A stretch of DNA of 64,000 bases from Candidatus Latescibacterota bacterium (GTDB lineage Bacteria; Latescibacterota; UBA2968; UBA8231). The notes under the pieces are model-generated. The model had not been told where the DNA came from, made no database searches, and saw only the letters and a program-made list of their open reading frames with translations. Shown one piece after another: positions 49,706 to 59,572 of this stretch. Each line of letters starts with the position of its first letter. Positions within the stretch are counted from its first letter, which is position 1. The position numbers and the translations under genes are program-made. The DNA lies in the NCBI GenBank assembly GCA_965261395.1, contig OZ253462.1, positions 4,160,001 through 4,224,000 on the forward strand, in the 5' to 3' direction.

Positions 49706-51073
49706 ATGGTTGTCGTAAAACAGATTGAGCCCAACAGTCTCGGCGCGCGCGCGGGATTTTGCATTGGCGATCGCATTTTGCGCATCAATGGCGAAGAAGT
49801 GCGCGATTTGATCGACGTTCAAGTTAGCAGCGCCGAGGAGGTGATCTGCGTAGAAATCGAGCGCGGCAAAGAGCTGTACGAGGCCGAGATTGAGCGCCGG
49901 AGCGGCGAATCCCTAGGGCTTGTCTTCGAGGATATGCGCTTGCGTAGCTGCAACAACAAATGCGTCTTCTGCTTTATCCATCAAATGCCCAAGGGCATGC
50001 GGCGCAGCCTGTATTTTGAGGACGACGATTTTCGGCTCTCCTTTCTCCACGGCTCGTACGTGACTTTGACCAATGTCCGCGAAAGCGATATTGATCGCAT
50101 CATTGAACAAGGGCTAACGCCGCAATACATCTCAGTCCACGCCACCGACCCCGAACTGAGGCAAGTCATGCTCGGGCGTACAAAAGAAACCGTCGATATC
50201 AACGAGCGCTTGCGCAAACTAGCTACCAACGGCATTGAAATGCACGCCCAGGTCGTGCTCTGCCCGGGCTGGAACGACGGGCCGCATCTAGAGCGCACAG
50301 TGACCGATCTGTCGGCGTACTATCCTGCGGTCCGCTCGGTGGCACTGGTGCCGGTGGGGCTGACCGATCATCGGCACAAGCTCGTCCAGCTCGAGCCGGT
50401 GACCCCGGCCAAGGCCGCTGAGTACGCGGCCGCAGCCGAAGCGTGGGGCTTGCAATTCAAAGCGCGTTTTGGCGAGCGGTTCGTCTATCCGGCGGACGAG
50501 ATCTTTCTGTTGACGGGTCGGCCCCTGCCAGAGGCGTCGTATTACGATGCGTTTCCCCAGCTAGAAAACGGCATCGGCATGGTTCGCTCCTTCCTCGACA
50601 CTTGGAACGAGACGAGCAAGAGGCTGCCAGCACGCACGGCCAAGGCCATGCGCATCGGTCTGCTGACCGGCCGTCTAGCCGAGCGAATCCTCGTGCCCTT
50701 AGTGGATAGGCTGAATGCCATCGCGAACGTACAGATTGATCTCCTGCCGGTAGATAACGACTTTTTCGGCCACGGCATTACCGTGTCGGGCCTGCTGACC
50801 GGCTGCGATATGGCGGCGAGAGTGCGCGACGGAATTCAGCGGGATTTGGTCTTGCTGCCGCCCAATTGCATCAATGGCGAGGGATTGACGCTGGACGACA
50901 TGACCGTGCCCCAACTTGCGGAAGAAGCCGGCGTGCCCCTCGCGGTAGGAGGGTACGACTTAGTCGAATCGATCGAGCGCTTTTGGGCCGATCAGAGCGT
51001 GAAAGTACAAGGGGAGGGACGGCAGCTAACCGAGCTGGGTTATTACATAGGGCGCGAAGGGCGCGAAAAATGA
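49706..51073 (+). CDS. DUF512 PDZ/radical-SAM-like Fe-S protein
   Basis: N-terminal PDZ, CNNKCVFCF, DDDFRLSFL.GSYVTLTN, QLENGIG. Confidence 0.9.
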   Translation: MVVVKQIEPNSLGARAGFCIGDRILRINGEEVRDLIDVQVSSAEEVICVEIERGKELYEAEIERRSGESLGLVFEDMRLRSCNNKCVFCFIHQMPKGMRRSLYFEDDDFRLSFLHGSYVTLTNVRESDIDRIIEQGLTPQYISVHATDPELRQVMLGRTKETVDINERLRKLATNGIEMHAQVVLCPGWNDGPHLERTVTDLSAYYPAVRSVALVPVGLTDHRHKLVQLEPVTPAKAAEYAAAAEAWGLQFKARFGERFVYPADEIFLLTGRPLPEASYYDAFPQLENGIGMVRSFLDTWNETSKRLPARTAKAMRIGLLTGRLAERILVPLVDRLNAIANVQIDLLPVDNDFFGHGITVSGLLTGCDMAARVRDGIQRDLVLLPPNCINGEGLTLDDMTVPQLAEEAGVPLAVGGYDLVESIERFWADQSVKVQGEGRQLTELGYYIGREGREK

Positions 51074-52425
51074 GCACCCAAACTGTCGAGAGCCATCGCC
51101 GGCCCATCGTGGCGATTGTCGGGCGCCCCAACGTGGGCAAATCGACCCTTTTCAACCGCATCTTGGGGACTCGGTGGGCCATAACCGACGGCCAGCCCGG
51201 GGTCACGCGTGATCAGATATTTGCCGCGGCCGAGTGGGGAGGGCGGTCCTTCACTTTGGTCGATACAGGGGGCTATATGCCCAGCGCCAAAGATGCGCTG
51301 TCCGCGGCCGTGTTCTCCCAAGCGGCAAAGGCACTGGCAGAAGCGGATATAGCCATTTTTCTTTGCGACGGGACCACGGGTGTGACCGATCTCGACCAAG
51401 AGATGGGGGCCATGCTGCGCAGCGGGGGTGGGAAGTGCTTGCTAGTCGTCAACAAGGTCGATGGGGTGGGGCCGGTCGCTTCACTCGACGAATTCTACCG
51501 GCTCGGCTTGGGGGAACCCCTGCCGGTTTCAGCCGTTACCGGGCGGCGTTCCGGAGACCTACTCGACGCGCTCATTGCGCTCTTCGACGAGGCTGGGGCT
51601 TATGGGTCGGAATGGGACGAGGAGGCGATTCGGGTTGCTTTAGTCGGGCGGCCCAACGTGGGCAAATCCACGCTGATCAACCGCCTCGCCGGCCATCAGG
51701 TTTCCATCGTCCACGACCAGCCCGGTACCACCCGGGACCCAACCCAACTGCGCTTGACTTGGCAGGATAGCCACCTGCTGTTCGTGGATACGGCCGGTTT
51801 GCGGCGGCGATCTAAGGTCAATGACCCGGTGGAGTTCTACAGCACGCGCCGGGCGACCAACAGCATCGACCAAGCTGATGTGGCAGTCGTGCTTCTAGAT
51901 AGCGCCGAGGGATGGGTCATGCAGGACGCCCGCATCATGGAGCAGGTGATAAAGTCTGGATGCGGCTTGGTGGTGGCGATCAATAAATGGGATTTAGTCG
52001 CCGAGAAAACCGCAGCTGAGTACCGCCGCGATCTGCGCGACCGCTATCCCTTTTTGCGCGACTATCCGGTGCTGTGCATATCGGGCTTGACCGGGCGGCG
52101 GGTTCACAAGTGTCTCGAAGTGGTGGCCGCGGTGGGCAACAAGCGCCGGACGCGGATTCCCACCGCGCGCTTGAACAAGATCATTCAGCAGTTTTCTGGC
52201 GAGTACTTGGCGACTCAAGATGGCCGAGATATCCGCTTGCTCTACGCCACCCAACACGCGATCAACCCGCCGGCGTTTACGATCTTTACGAATCTGCCCC
52301 GCTCCGTGCCAGGGAATTATCGACGCCACATCGAAAATCGACTGAGGTCGGAGTTTGATTTCGAGGGAACGCCCTTGCGCATCGTCTGGCGTCTGCGCAA
52401 AGGGTACAGGGAAGTGCGACCGTGA
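51070..52425 (+). CDS. der: Ribosome biogenesis GTPase Der
   Basis: Two GRPNVGKS G-domains, DTGG/DTAG, C-terminal KH-like domain (F.GTP). Confidence 0.96.
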   Translation: MSTQTVESHRRPIVAIVGRPNVGKSTLFNRILGTRWAITDGQPGVTRDQIFAAAEWGGRSFTLVDTGGYMPSAKDALSAAVFSQAAKALAEADIAIFLCDGTTGVTDLDQEMGAMLRSGGGKCLLVVNKVDGVGPVASLDEFYRLGLGEPLPVSAVTGRRSGDLLDALIALFDEAGAYGSEWDEEAIRVALVGRPNVGKSTLINRLAGHQVSIVHDQPGTTRDPTQLRLTWQDSHLLFVDTAGLRRRSKVNDPVEFYSTRRATNSIDQADVAVVLLDSAEGWVMQDARIMEQVIKSGCGLVVAINKWDLVAEKTAAEYRRDLRDRYPFLRDYPVLCISGLTGRRVHKCLEVVAAVGNKRRTRIPTARLNKIIQQFSGEYLATQDGRDIRLLYATQHAINPPAFTIFTNLPRSVPGNYRRHIENRLRSEFDFEGTPLRIVWRLRKGYREVRP

Positions 52426-52844
52426 AGAATCCATTGCAAAACAAGCTGTATTACAGCATCAGCGAAGTCGCCGAACTCACACAACTGCAGCCCTATACGC
52501 TTAGGGCGTGGGAGAAGGAGTTCGCCTGTTTGCGGCCGCGTCGAGCGCGCGGTGGTAAAAACAGAGCCTATAGAGCGCGCGATATAGGGATCATCCTATT
52601 GCTCAAACGCCTCCTCTACGAGGAGCGCTACACCACGCAAGGCGTAAAGAAAAAGCTCAAAGACGAACCCGAGCTCCTGCGTCAAGCTGGCGAGCAAGTA
52701 CCTGTTTTGCTCGCTAAACAGCAGGACAGTCCCGCTCCAGTAGTGGAGCAGACTAACGCCGAACCTGTACAGGACCGGGAAGCCGCACTCAAAATAATCG
52801 AAGAGGCCAGAAAAGAACTGCGCGAGATTTTGCGCCTCCTCTAG
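52422..52844 (+). CDS. MerR-family HTH regulator
   Basis: KLYYSISEVA, LR.WEKEF..L.P, R.Y...DI. Confidence 0.88.
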   Translation: MKNPLQNKLYYSISEVAELTQLQPYTLRAWEKEFACLRPRRARGGKNRAYRARDIGIILLLKRLLYEERYTTQGVKKKLKDEPELLRQAGEQVPVLLAKQQDSPAPVVEQTNAEPVQDREAALKIIEEARKELREILRLL

Positions 52845-52913
52845 CGTAGGCATTTGGCTAGGGCTGTTAAGTCGTCTTGCCTAAATCAATATAATCCTAT
52901 ATTTTATAATCCC

Positions 52914-52939
52914 AAGTGGGCGTCATAGCCCACTTTTTT
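52914..52939 (+). promoter_or_regulatory. rimP leader hairpin/attenuator
   Basis: AAGTGGGC-GTCATA-GCCCACTTTTTT downstream of an AT-rich promoter region (TATAAT at 52890 and 52905). Confidence 0.75.
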
Positions 52940-52959
52940 CTTAGGGGGGAAAAGCGCGT

Positions 52960-53412
52960 ATTTCCGCCATAGATAAATTCGCATTAAAGGCCGATCTAGT
53001 AGCTCAGGTCGAACCCATTGTCCGCGAGCACGAGGCCGAACTCGTCGATATTGAACTCAGCGGCACCCGAGGCAGTCAGCTAGTCCGATTATTGGTTTAC
53101 AAAAATTGCGGTATAACACTGGCCACCTGCGAGTCGATCAGTCGCGAAGTGGCCGATCTTTTCGACGTAGAAGATCCCATTGCCGGACGGTATCGGCTCG
53201 AAGTTACCTCGCCGGGATTGGACCGGCCCCTAGAGACCGATGGGGATTTCACCCGCGCCCATGGCCGTTTGCTAAAAGTTGTGCTCACGTCCGGTCGAGT
53301 TGTCAAAGGTCGGTTGATCGCTTGGGAAGCCGATCGGATTCACCTCGACAGCCCAGCCGAGTCCGTGGCGCGAGCCGATATTGCTAAGGCCAACATCGAA
53401 CCAGAATTTTAA
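52960..53412 (+). CDS. rimP: Ribosome maturation factor RimP (probable non-canonical ATT start)
   Basis: Open frame from 52945 encodes VEPIV..ELVDIE..LVRLLV, then GITL..C..ISR, YRLEVTSPGLDRPL. Confidence 0.88.
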   Translation: MSAIDKFALKADLVAQVEPIVREHEAELVDIELSGTRGSQLVRLLVYKNCGITLATCESISREVADLFDVEDPIAGRYRLEVTSPGLDRPLETDGDFTRAHGRLLKVVLTSGRVVKGRLIAWEADRIHLDSPAESVARADIAKANIEPEF

Positions 53413-53436
53413 GTAGTGAAGGTCGAGCAAAAAATT

Positions 53437-54873
53437 ATGAATAACGCGAATATTGTCGAAGCCTTGGGGCAGATTGCCCGCGAAAAAAACGTCAACCGGG
53501 AATTGGTGGTGCAGACTCTCGCCGACGCCCTGATTTCAGCCGCTAAAAGGCACTACGGCAATACAGAGAATTACGAAGTTGACATCGACGCGGCCCAGGG
53601 CAAGATGGCCGTATACGCCCGCAAAACCGTCGTCGAAGAAGTGGTCGAGCCGTCCATGGAGATTCTCCTCGCCGACGCCCACAGCATCGACCCCCATGCC
53701 CAATTGGGCTCCGTGTTAGTGCAGCAACTCGATTTCGCCGACTTTGGCCGCAACGCCATACAGACCGCAAAGCAAATTCTCATTCAGCGGGTCCGCGAAG
53801 CCGAGCGCGAACGAATATACGACGAGTTTATCGGGCGGGTTGGCCTCGTCGAATCCGGTACCGTACAGCAGATCAGCCACGGCGACATCATCCTCAATCT
53901 CGGCCGGGCCGAGGCTGCCGTTCCATACAAAGAGCAAATCCGTCGCGAACGCTACCGCCAAGGCGATGCCGTGCGGGGCTATATATACGAAGTGCTCAAG
54001 TCGAGCCGGGGGCCTCAGGTCTTGCTCTCCCGCGCTCGGCCCGAATTGCTCAGGAAGCTCTTTGCCACGGAAGTGCCAGAGATAGCCGAAGGTATCGTCG
54101 ATATTCACGGCGTGGCTCGCGAGCCGGGCGAGCGGGCCAAGATCGCGGTCAGTAGCAGTGATGAACGAGTTGATCCGGTGGGGGCCTGTGTAGGCGTGAA
54201 GGGGTCGCGGGTGCAAGCTATCGTCAGAGAATTGAGCGGTGAGCGCATAGATATCGTTCCTTGGATCGACGAGCCGGATATATTTATAAGCCGGGCGCTA
54301 AGTCCGGCTACTGTGGTTCGCTGCATTACGGATTCGCGCCGCCGGCATGCCGTCGTGATAGTCGAAGAGGATCAGCTATCGTTGGCCATTGGCAAGGGAG
54401 GCCAAAATACCAAACTCGCCAGCCAACTCACGGGTTGGGGTCTCGATATCATCACTCACGAGCAATACCAAGAGCGCCGCGCTAAGCAGGATAAGTACCA
54501 ACAAGTATTCCGCCAGATAGATGGTATTAGCGAGTTGATTGCCCTGAGTTTGACCACGTTCGGTTTCGACTCCATAGCCTCGATCGCCGAGGCCGATTCG
54601 GAGCTATTGCAGACCGTACCGGGGCTAGAAACCGCCGAAACCGCCCACGGAATAAAGGCGGCCGCGGCCACGTACCTTGCCGAACACGGCGAGGTCGATA
54701 TTGAGGCATTGATTGCTGCTGAGAAGGCGGCGGCTGAGCAAGAAGCAGTGGCTGAGCAAGAAGCGGCTGCGGAGCAAGCAGCAGCAGTTGAGCAAGAGGG
54801 GGAAGAAGTGCTCGCCGCGCCTGCTGAGGGTACGAGTGGAGAAGATGAAGCAGACCAAAGGGCCGAGGAGTAG
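53437..54873 (+). CDS. nusA: Transcription factor NusA
   Basis: FGRNAIQTAKQ, AREPGERAKIAV, DPVGACVG.KGSR, LSLAIGKGGQN. Confidence 0.97.
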   Translation: MNNANIVEALGQIAREKNVNRELVVQTLADALISAAKRHYGNTENYEVDIDAAQGKMAVYARKTVVEEVVEPSMEILLADAHSIDPHAQLGSVLVQQLDFADFGRNAIQTAKQILIQRVREAERERIYDEFIGRVGLVESGTVQQISHGDIILNLGRAEAAVPYKEQIRRERYRQGDAVRGYIYEVLKSSRGPQVLLSRARPELLRKLFATEVPEIAEGIVDIHGVAREPGERAKIAVSSSDERVDPVGACVGVKGSRVQAIVRELSGERIDIVPWIDEPDIFISRALSPATVVRCITDSRRRHAVVIVEEDQLSLAIGKGGQNTKLASQLTGWGLDIITHEQYQERRAKQDKYQQVFRQIDGISELIALSLTTFGFDSIASIAEADSELLQTVPGLETAETAHGIKAAAATYLAEHGEVDIEALIAAEKAAAEQEAVAEQEAAAEQAAAVEQEGEEVLAAPAEGTSGEDEADQRAEE

Positions 54874-54889
54874 CTAAGGGAGTAGGTTT

Positions 54890-57247
54890 TTGGAAAAGCG
54901 CCGGATTTACCAAGTAGCCAAAGAACAGAAGCTGTCCAGCGATGCGCTCATATCCATGCTCAAGGGCATGGATATGGAAGTAAAGAGCCACATGAGCGTA
55001 GTTTCGCCCGAGATGCTGGAGGCCATCCACCGCAAGCTGGCTGAAGAGAAGAAGAGCTCGATAGAGGAAGTAAAGCGGCAGAAGGCCAAAGAGGACAGTC
55101 GCAAGCAGGCCGATGGCACTCGGCCCGAGCGCCGCCGCGAAAAGGGACCGGCGACCCGCAAGCAGGGTGTTGAGGGGGGAGCCGACGAGCGCACCACGCC
55201 GCTGCCCGACAAGGCCGATGGCACTCGTCGTCGCGGTCGTCGCCGCGGCAAGGGGCAAGAGGGCTTGGAAAGTGTCCGCGAGGAATTGGGCGAAAAGCGG
55301 GAAGTAACCGCTCAGGCCAATTTGCCTGGAGCACCTACAAAGCGCCGACGGGGTAAGCGGCGCAAAGGGACGCCAGACGCCAAGGCAGTCCAAGAAAGCG
55401 TGCGGCGGACCTTAAGTCAGCTCAACGAAGGCCGGGTCCGTCGCCGCTACGAGCGCGGGCCGCGTGAAGACGGTGTCGGGGAAGATGGTGAGATTCGCCA
55501 GATCAAGGTCAGCGAGTTTATCACGCTCGGTGAATTTGCCGAACAAGTCGGCGTCAAGGTCAGCGAAGTAATCGCTCTGTGTCTGCAGATGGGCGCAATG
55601 GCGACCATTAATCAACGCCTCGATATGGACACCATGCAGACGCTGGCCGACGAGTTGGGCTGCGAAGTAGTCCCGCTGGAGGCCGAAGAAGCCGAACTGG
55701 ATGAGATCGTCGAGGAGGAAGAGGTCGGCGAACCTGAGCCGCGTCCGCCGGTCGTCACAGTCATGGGCCACGTCGATCACGGCAAAACCTCGTTACTCGA
55801 CTATCTGCGTGAAAGCAAGGTGGCCGAGGGCGAGTCTGGAGGCATTACCCAACACATCGGGGCGTACGTGATTAGCATGGAAGATGGTCGCGGCGTGACG
55901 TTCCTTGACACCCCAGGGCACGCGGCCTTTACGGCGATGCGGGCCCGCGGTTCGAGGGTAACCGACATCGTGATCTTGGTCGTGGCGGCCGACGACAGCG
56001 TCATGCCGCAAACCATTGAAGCGATCGATCACGCCAAGGCTGCGCAGGTCCCCTTAGTCGTCGCGATTAACAAAGTAGACTTACCTACGGCCGACCCAGA
56101 CAAGATTAAGCGGGAGCTGGCAGAGAGGGGGGTTTTAATCGAAGAGTGGGGGGGGCAGATTCCTTGTGCTGAAATCTCCGCTAAGACCGGACAGGGCATA
56201 GACCACTTGCTGGAAGTTCTCCTCATCGTGGCCGAGTTGCTTGAGTTAGAGGCCGACCCCCACAAGAAAGCCCGAGGAACAATCGTCGAAGCCCACCTCG
56301 ACAAGGGGCGGGGTCCCGTGGCCACGGTCTTGGTGCAAGAGGGCACGCTGTGTATCGGCGAGCCTTTTATTACCGGAGTCCACAGTGGCCGGGTGCGCGC
56401 TCTGCTCGACGAGCATGGCCAGCGCGTCCAAGAAGCCAAGCCCTCCGTGCCCGTCCAAGTGCTCGGGTTGCCCGGGGTCCCGCAAGCTGGGGATATTTTC
56501 GCCGTTGCCAATTCCGAGCGCGAAGCCAAGGACCTGAGCCAGCGGCGGCAGCTCATCAAGCGCGAGCAGGATCACCGCAAGCTGCGCACGGTCACGCTCA
56601 GCGATTTACACGATCAAATCCAGCAGGGCCACATCCAAGAGCTGCGGGTGATACTCAAAGGCGATGTTGATGGGTCGGTCGAGGCCATAGCCGAAGAGCT
56701 AGGCCGCATAACCCACGAGGAAGTGCGCGTTAACGTCATTCACAGCGCGGTGGGTGCCATCTCGGAATCGGACGTACTGCTGGCGGCGGCTTCTTCCGCC
56801 ATTTTGCTCGGTTTCCACGTAAGCACCCAACCCTCTGCCCGAGACCTCGCCGCACAGGAGGGCGTGGAAATTCGCAACTACCGGATCATCTACGAGGTCA
56901 TCGAGGATGTGCGGGCCGCCTTGGCGGGCCTCTTGGCTCCAACGACCGAAGAACAGGTAGTTGGTCGGGCCGAAATCCGCCAAATCTTCGCCTCGTCCCG
57001 CATGGGGACGATCGGCGGTTGTTTGGTGCAAGACGGCACCATCGCCCGCAGCAATCAGGTGCGGATTTTACGCGATGGCCAAGTCGTCTTCACCGGGGAG
57101 CTTACCTCGTTGCGGCGATTCAAGGACGACATGAGGGAGGTCTCCGAGGGATTCGAGTGCGGCATGGGCTTTGCGGGGTTCAACGACATCGTAGAAGGCG
57201 ATATCGTCGAGTCCTTGGTCGTGGTGGAGACCGAGCGGACGCTATAG
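54890..57247 (+). CDS. infB: Translation initiation factor IF-2
   Basis: [39 protein letters not shown]. Confidence 0.98.
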   Translation: MEKRRIYQVAKEQKLSSDALISMLKGMDMEVKSHMSVVSPEMLEAIHRKLAEEKKSSIEEVKRQKAKEDSRKQADGTRPERRREKGPATRKQGVEGGADERTTPLPDKADGTRRRGRRRGKGQEGLESVREELGEKREVTAQANLPGAPTKRRRGKRRKGTPDAKAVQESVRRTLSQLNEGRVRRRYERGPREDGVGEDGEIRQIKVSEFITLGEFAEQVGVKVSEVIALCLQMGAMATINQRLDMDTMQTLADELGCEVVPLEAEEAELDEIVEEEEVGEPEPRPPVVTVMGHVDHGKTSLLDYLRESKVAEGESGGITQHIGAYVISMEDGRGVTFLDTPGHAAFTAMRARGSRVTDIVILVVAADDSVMPQTIEAIDHAKAAQVPLVVAINKVDLPTADPDKIKRELAERGVLIEEWGGQIPCAEISAKTGQGIDHLLEVLLIVAELLELEADPHKKARGTIVEAHLDKGRGPVATVLVQEGTLCIGEPFITGVHSGRVRALLDEHGQRVQEAKPSVPVQVLGLPGVPQAGDIFAVANSEREAKDLSQRRQLIKREQDHRKLRTVTLSDLHDQIQQGHIQELRVILKGDVDGSVEAIAEELGRITHEEVRVNVIHSAVGAISESDVLLAAASSAILLGFHVSTQPSARDLAAQEGVEIRNYRIIYEVIEDVRAALAGLLAPTTEEQVVGRAEIRQIFASSRMGTIGGCLVQDGTIARSNQVRILRDGQVVFTGELTSLRRFKDDMREVSEGFECGMGFAGFNDIVEGDIVESLVVVETERTL

Positions 57248-57263
57248 CGGCGGTTGACTTGTT

Positions 57264-57545
57264 TTGATCGTTATGAGTTGTGCGGTGCAAATCTATATCG
57301 GCGATAGCCATTCACTCAAAGACAAGCGGCGAGTCCTCAACAGCCTCAAGGAGCGCATCCGCAACCGCTTTAACGCGGCCGTGGCCGAAGTAGATGACCA
57401 CGCGCTCTGGCAGCGGGCGGTGTTGGGGGTTGCCGTGGTGAGTTCGACCGTTGAACACTGCGACGAGATGCTAACCAAGATCGTCAACCTTGTCGAAGGC
57501 AATCCCCGGGTGCAAATCCTCGACTACCAAATGGAAGTACACTGA
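57264..57545 (+). CDS. DUF503 (YlxP-like) protein
   Basis: HSLKDKR.VL.SL, FNAAVAEVD..D-like LWQR; operon context. Confidence 0.88.
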   Translation: MIVMSCAVQIYIGDSHSLKDKRRVLNSLKERIRNRFNAAVAEVDDHALWQRAVLGVAVVSSTVEHCDEMLTKIVNLVEGNPRVQILDYQMEVH

Positions 57546-57551
57546 GCACAG

Positions 57552-57905
57552 GTGGCCTCCCCTCAACGAATTAGCCGAGTGCGCGGGCAGTTGCTGCGCG
57601 AGCTGACCGACATCGTCGGGCGGATGAAGGATCCGAGGCTGCAGCTAGTCCAAGTCGTCGATGTGGAACTCTCCGCCGACATGAGCTATGCCACGATCTT
57701 TGTCAGCACGCTCGGCAACGCAGACGACAAAAAGCAGGTGCTTCAAGGGATGCACCGGGGCTTGGGTTTTATGCGTCGAGAAATCGCCCAGCGCATGAGT
57801 TTGCGCTACGCACCCCAGTTGCGGGTTGCATACGATGACACCACCGCGCGCGCCGCGCGCGTCACGGCCCTGATCGATGGTCTCGGTGGAGCGCAGCATG
57901 ACTGA
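57552..57905 (+). CDS. rbfA: Ribosome-binding factor A
   Basis: KDPRL, VELSAD, LRYAPQL..YD; context. Confidence 0.92.
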   Translation: MASPQRISRVRGQLLRELTDIVGRMKDPRLQLVQVVDVELSADMSYATIFVSTLGNADDKKQVLQGMHRGLGFMRREIAQRMSLRYAPQLRVAYDDTTARAARVTALIDGLGGAQHD

Positions 57906-58794
57906 TCCGGCCTTGACCGGGGTTTTGGTCATCGACAAGGCCAAAGGCCCCACTTCCCACGACGTAATCACCTCGCTCAGACGCCTATTGCAGTTGCGGC
58001 GCATTGGGCACTGTGGCACGCTGGACCCCTTGGCCAGCGGCGTTTTGGTCGTTTGCTTGGGTCGCTATACCCGGCTCAACCAGTGGCTTAGCGGCGCGGA
58101 TAAAGAATACGAAGCCGAAATTTGTCTGGGGGCTATAAGTGCTACGGGCGATGCCGAGGGCCCGATCCGCCACCAAGAGGACTGTGTGCCTCCCCACGAC
58201 CAAAGGGTGGCTCAAGCCCTGCGCGATTTTACGGGTGTCATAGACCAAGTGCCGCCGGCGCATTCAGCGGTAAAGGTCGCCGGGGTGCGCTCGTATAAGC
58301 GGGCGCGCCGCGGCGACGAGGTCGTCCTCAAATCCCGCCGGATCCACATCCATGCAATAGAGCTACTCGGCTACGATTTTCCCAAACTAAGTGTGAGAAT
58401 CCATTGCTCTGCGGGAACGTATATTCGCTCGTTGGCCGCCGATTTGGGGCGTGCCTTGGGGACTGGTGCCTATTTGGCGGAATTGCGCCGGCTGCGCGCC
58501 GGTGGTCTCAGGCTGGACAAAGCCCTGACGTTGGACCAAGTAGCCAGCCTCAGTAGCGCGGACCAAATTGAAAAAGCCCTCGTCCATCCGCGCTTGGCAT
58601 TGAGTGAGCTGGCGGCCGTCGAGCTAAACGAGGTCAAGCTGGTCGATTTTGCCCATGGGAAGGCGATCGAGCATCCGGTTGGAGCAGAGCCGCGCGAGGT
58701 TTGCGCGGTTTTTGACGCCGCGCAAACCTTATTTGGTCTCGCGCGGTGGGAGAAAGGGGCGTTGCGGCCCCTTTGCGTTTTGCGCCAACCTTAG
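57898..58794 (+). CDS. truB: tRNA pseudouridine-55 synthase
   Basis: DKAKGPTSHDV, GHCGTLDPLASGVL, CSAGTYIRSLA. Confidence 0.96.
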   Translation: MTDPALTGVLVIDKAKGPTSHDVITSLRRLLQLRRIGHCGTLDPLASGVLVVCLGRYTRLNQWLSGADKEYEAEICLGAISATGDAEGPIRHQEDCVPPHDQRVAQALRDFTGVIDQVPPAHSAVKVAGVRSYKRARRGDEVVLKSRRIHIHAIELLGYDFPKLSVRIHCSAGTYIRSLAADLGRALGTGAYLAELRRLRAGGLRLDKALTLDQVASLSSADQIEKALVHPRLALSELAAVELNEVKLVDFAHGKAIEHPVGAEPREVCAVFDAAQTLFGLARWEKGALRPLCVLRQP

Positions 58795-59214
58795 ATGGAG
58801 TGGGCTGGCGTTCATTTCTCTGGCCGCGTCACGAGGGGCCAAGGACGCGGTAGAACATTGGGGTTTCCCACTGCGAATTTGCTGCCCCAAGGCGATGGCC
58901 CCTTGCCGCAGGGAGTATTTGCCGCTGAGGTGCAATACCTCGGAAGTCGGGTTTTGCAGGCCGTGGCCCATATCGGCCCCCGGCCCACATTCGCCGAAGC
59001 AGCCCTAGTTGTCGAGTTGCACATACTCGATTTTACCGGCGACCTCTACGGACAAAACCTACAGGTCGCCCTCGTAAAAAAGCTGCGCGACCAATGCGCA
59101 TTTGCCTGTCCAGACGAGCTGGTAGGGCAAATCCGCAGAGACATTCACCAAGCACGTGCGCTGTTCGCCTCCAGTGCTAAAGGCGGAAAGCGCGGCACGA
59201 AATACGGAGGTTGA
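58795..59214 (+). CDS. Stand-alone riboflavin kinase (C-terminal half of RibF only)
   Basis: GQGRGRTLGFPTAN, GVF, IG.RPTF, E.HILDF.GDLYG; no N-terminal HxGH adenylyltransferase domain. Confidence 0.88.
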   Translation: MEWAGVHFSGRVTRGQGRGRTLGFPTANLLPQGDGPLPQGVFAAEVQYLGSRVLQAVAHIGPRPTFAEAALVVELHILDFTGDLYGQNLQVALVKKLRDQCAFACPDELVGQIRRDIHQARALFASSAKGGKRGTKYGG

Positions 59215-59216
59215 AG

Positions 59217-59483
59217 GTGTCCATAACAACTGAGCGCAAGAAAGAACTGATCGAAAAATTTGGCCAAGAGGGAGGGGCTGGGTCTGCTCCGGTGCAGATT
59301 GCCATTTTCACCGAGCGCATCCAGAACCTGACCGAACACCTCAAAGACCAGCAAAAGGACTTTGCCACGCGGCGGGGGTTACTCGTACTCATAGGCAAAA
59401 GGAGGCGATTGCAGACCTACTACCAAAAGAAAAACCCGCAGGCGTACACGGCGTTGATCCGCGAACTCGGATTGCGTCGCTAA
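59217..59483 (+). CDS. rpsO: 30S ribosomal protein S15
   Basis: GS..VQIA..T.RI..LTEHL, RRGLL.L.GKRRRL. Confidence 0.95.
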   Translation: MSITTERKKELIEKFGQEGGAGSAPVQIAIFTERIQNLTEHLKDQQKDFATRRGLLVLIGKRRRLQTYYQKKNPQAYTALIRELGLRR

Positions 59484-59572
59484 CTCGCACTGAGCTACTC
59501 ACCGCGGTGTCCGCTGGCACGGGTGCTGCACAGAATTCAAAACCTCAAAGGAAAGAGCAAAAGATATATCTA

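Noticed and set aside
54712-54800. 18-bp repeats in the nusA tail and 9-bp repeats in the SPOR linker
   Set aside because: Ordinary low-complexity disordered linkers
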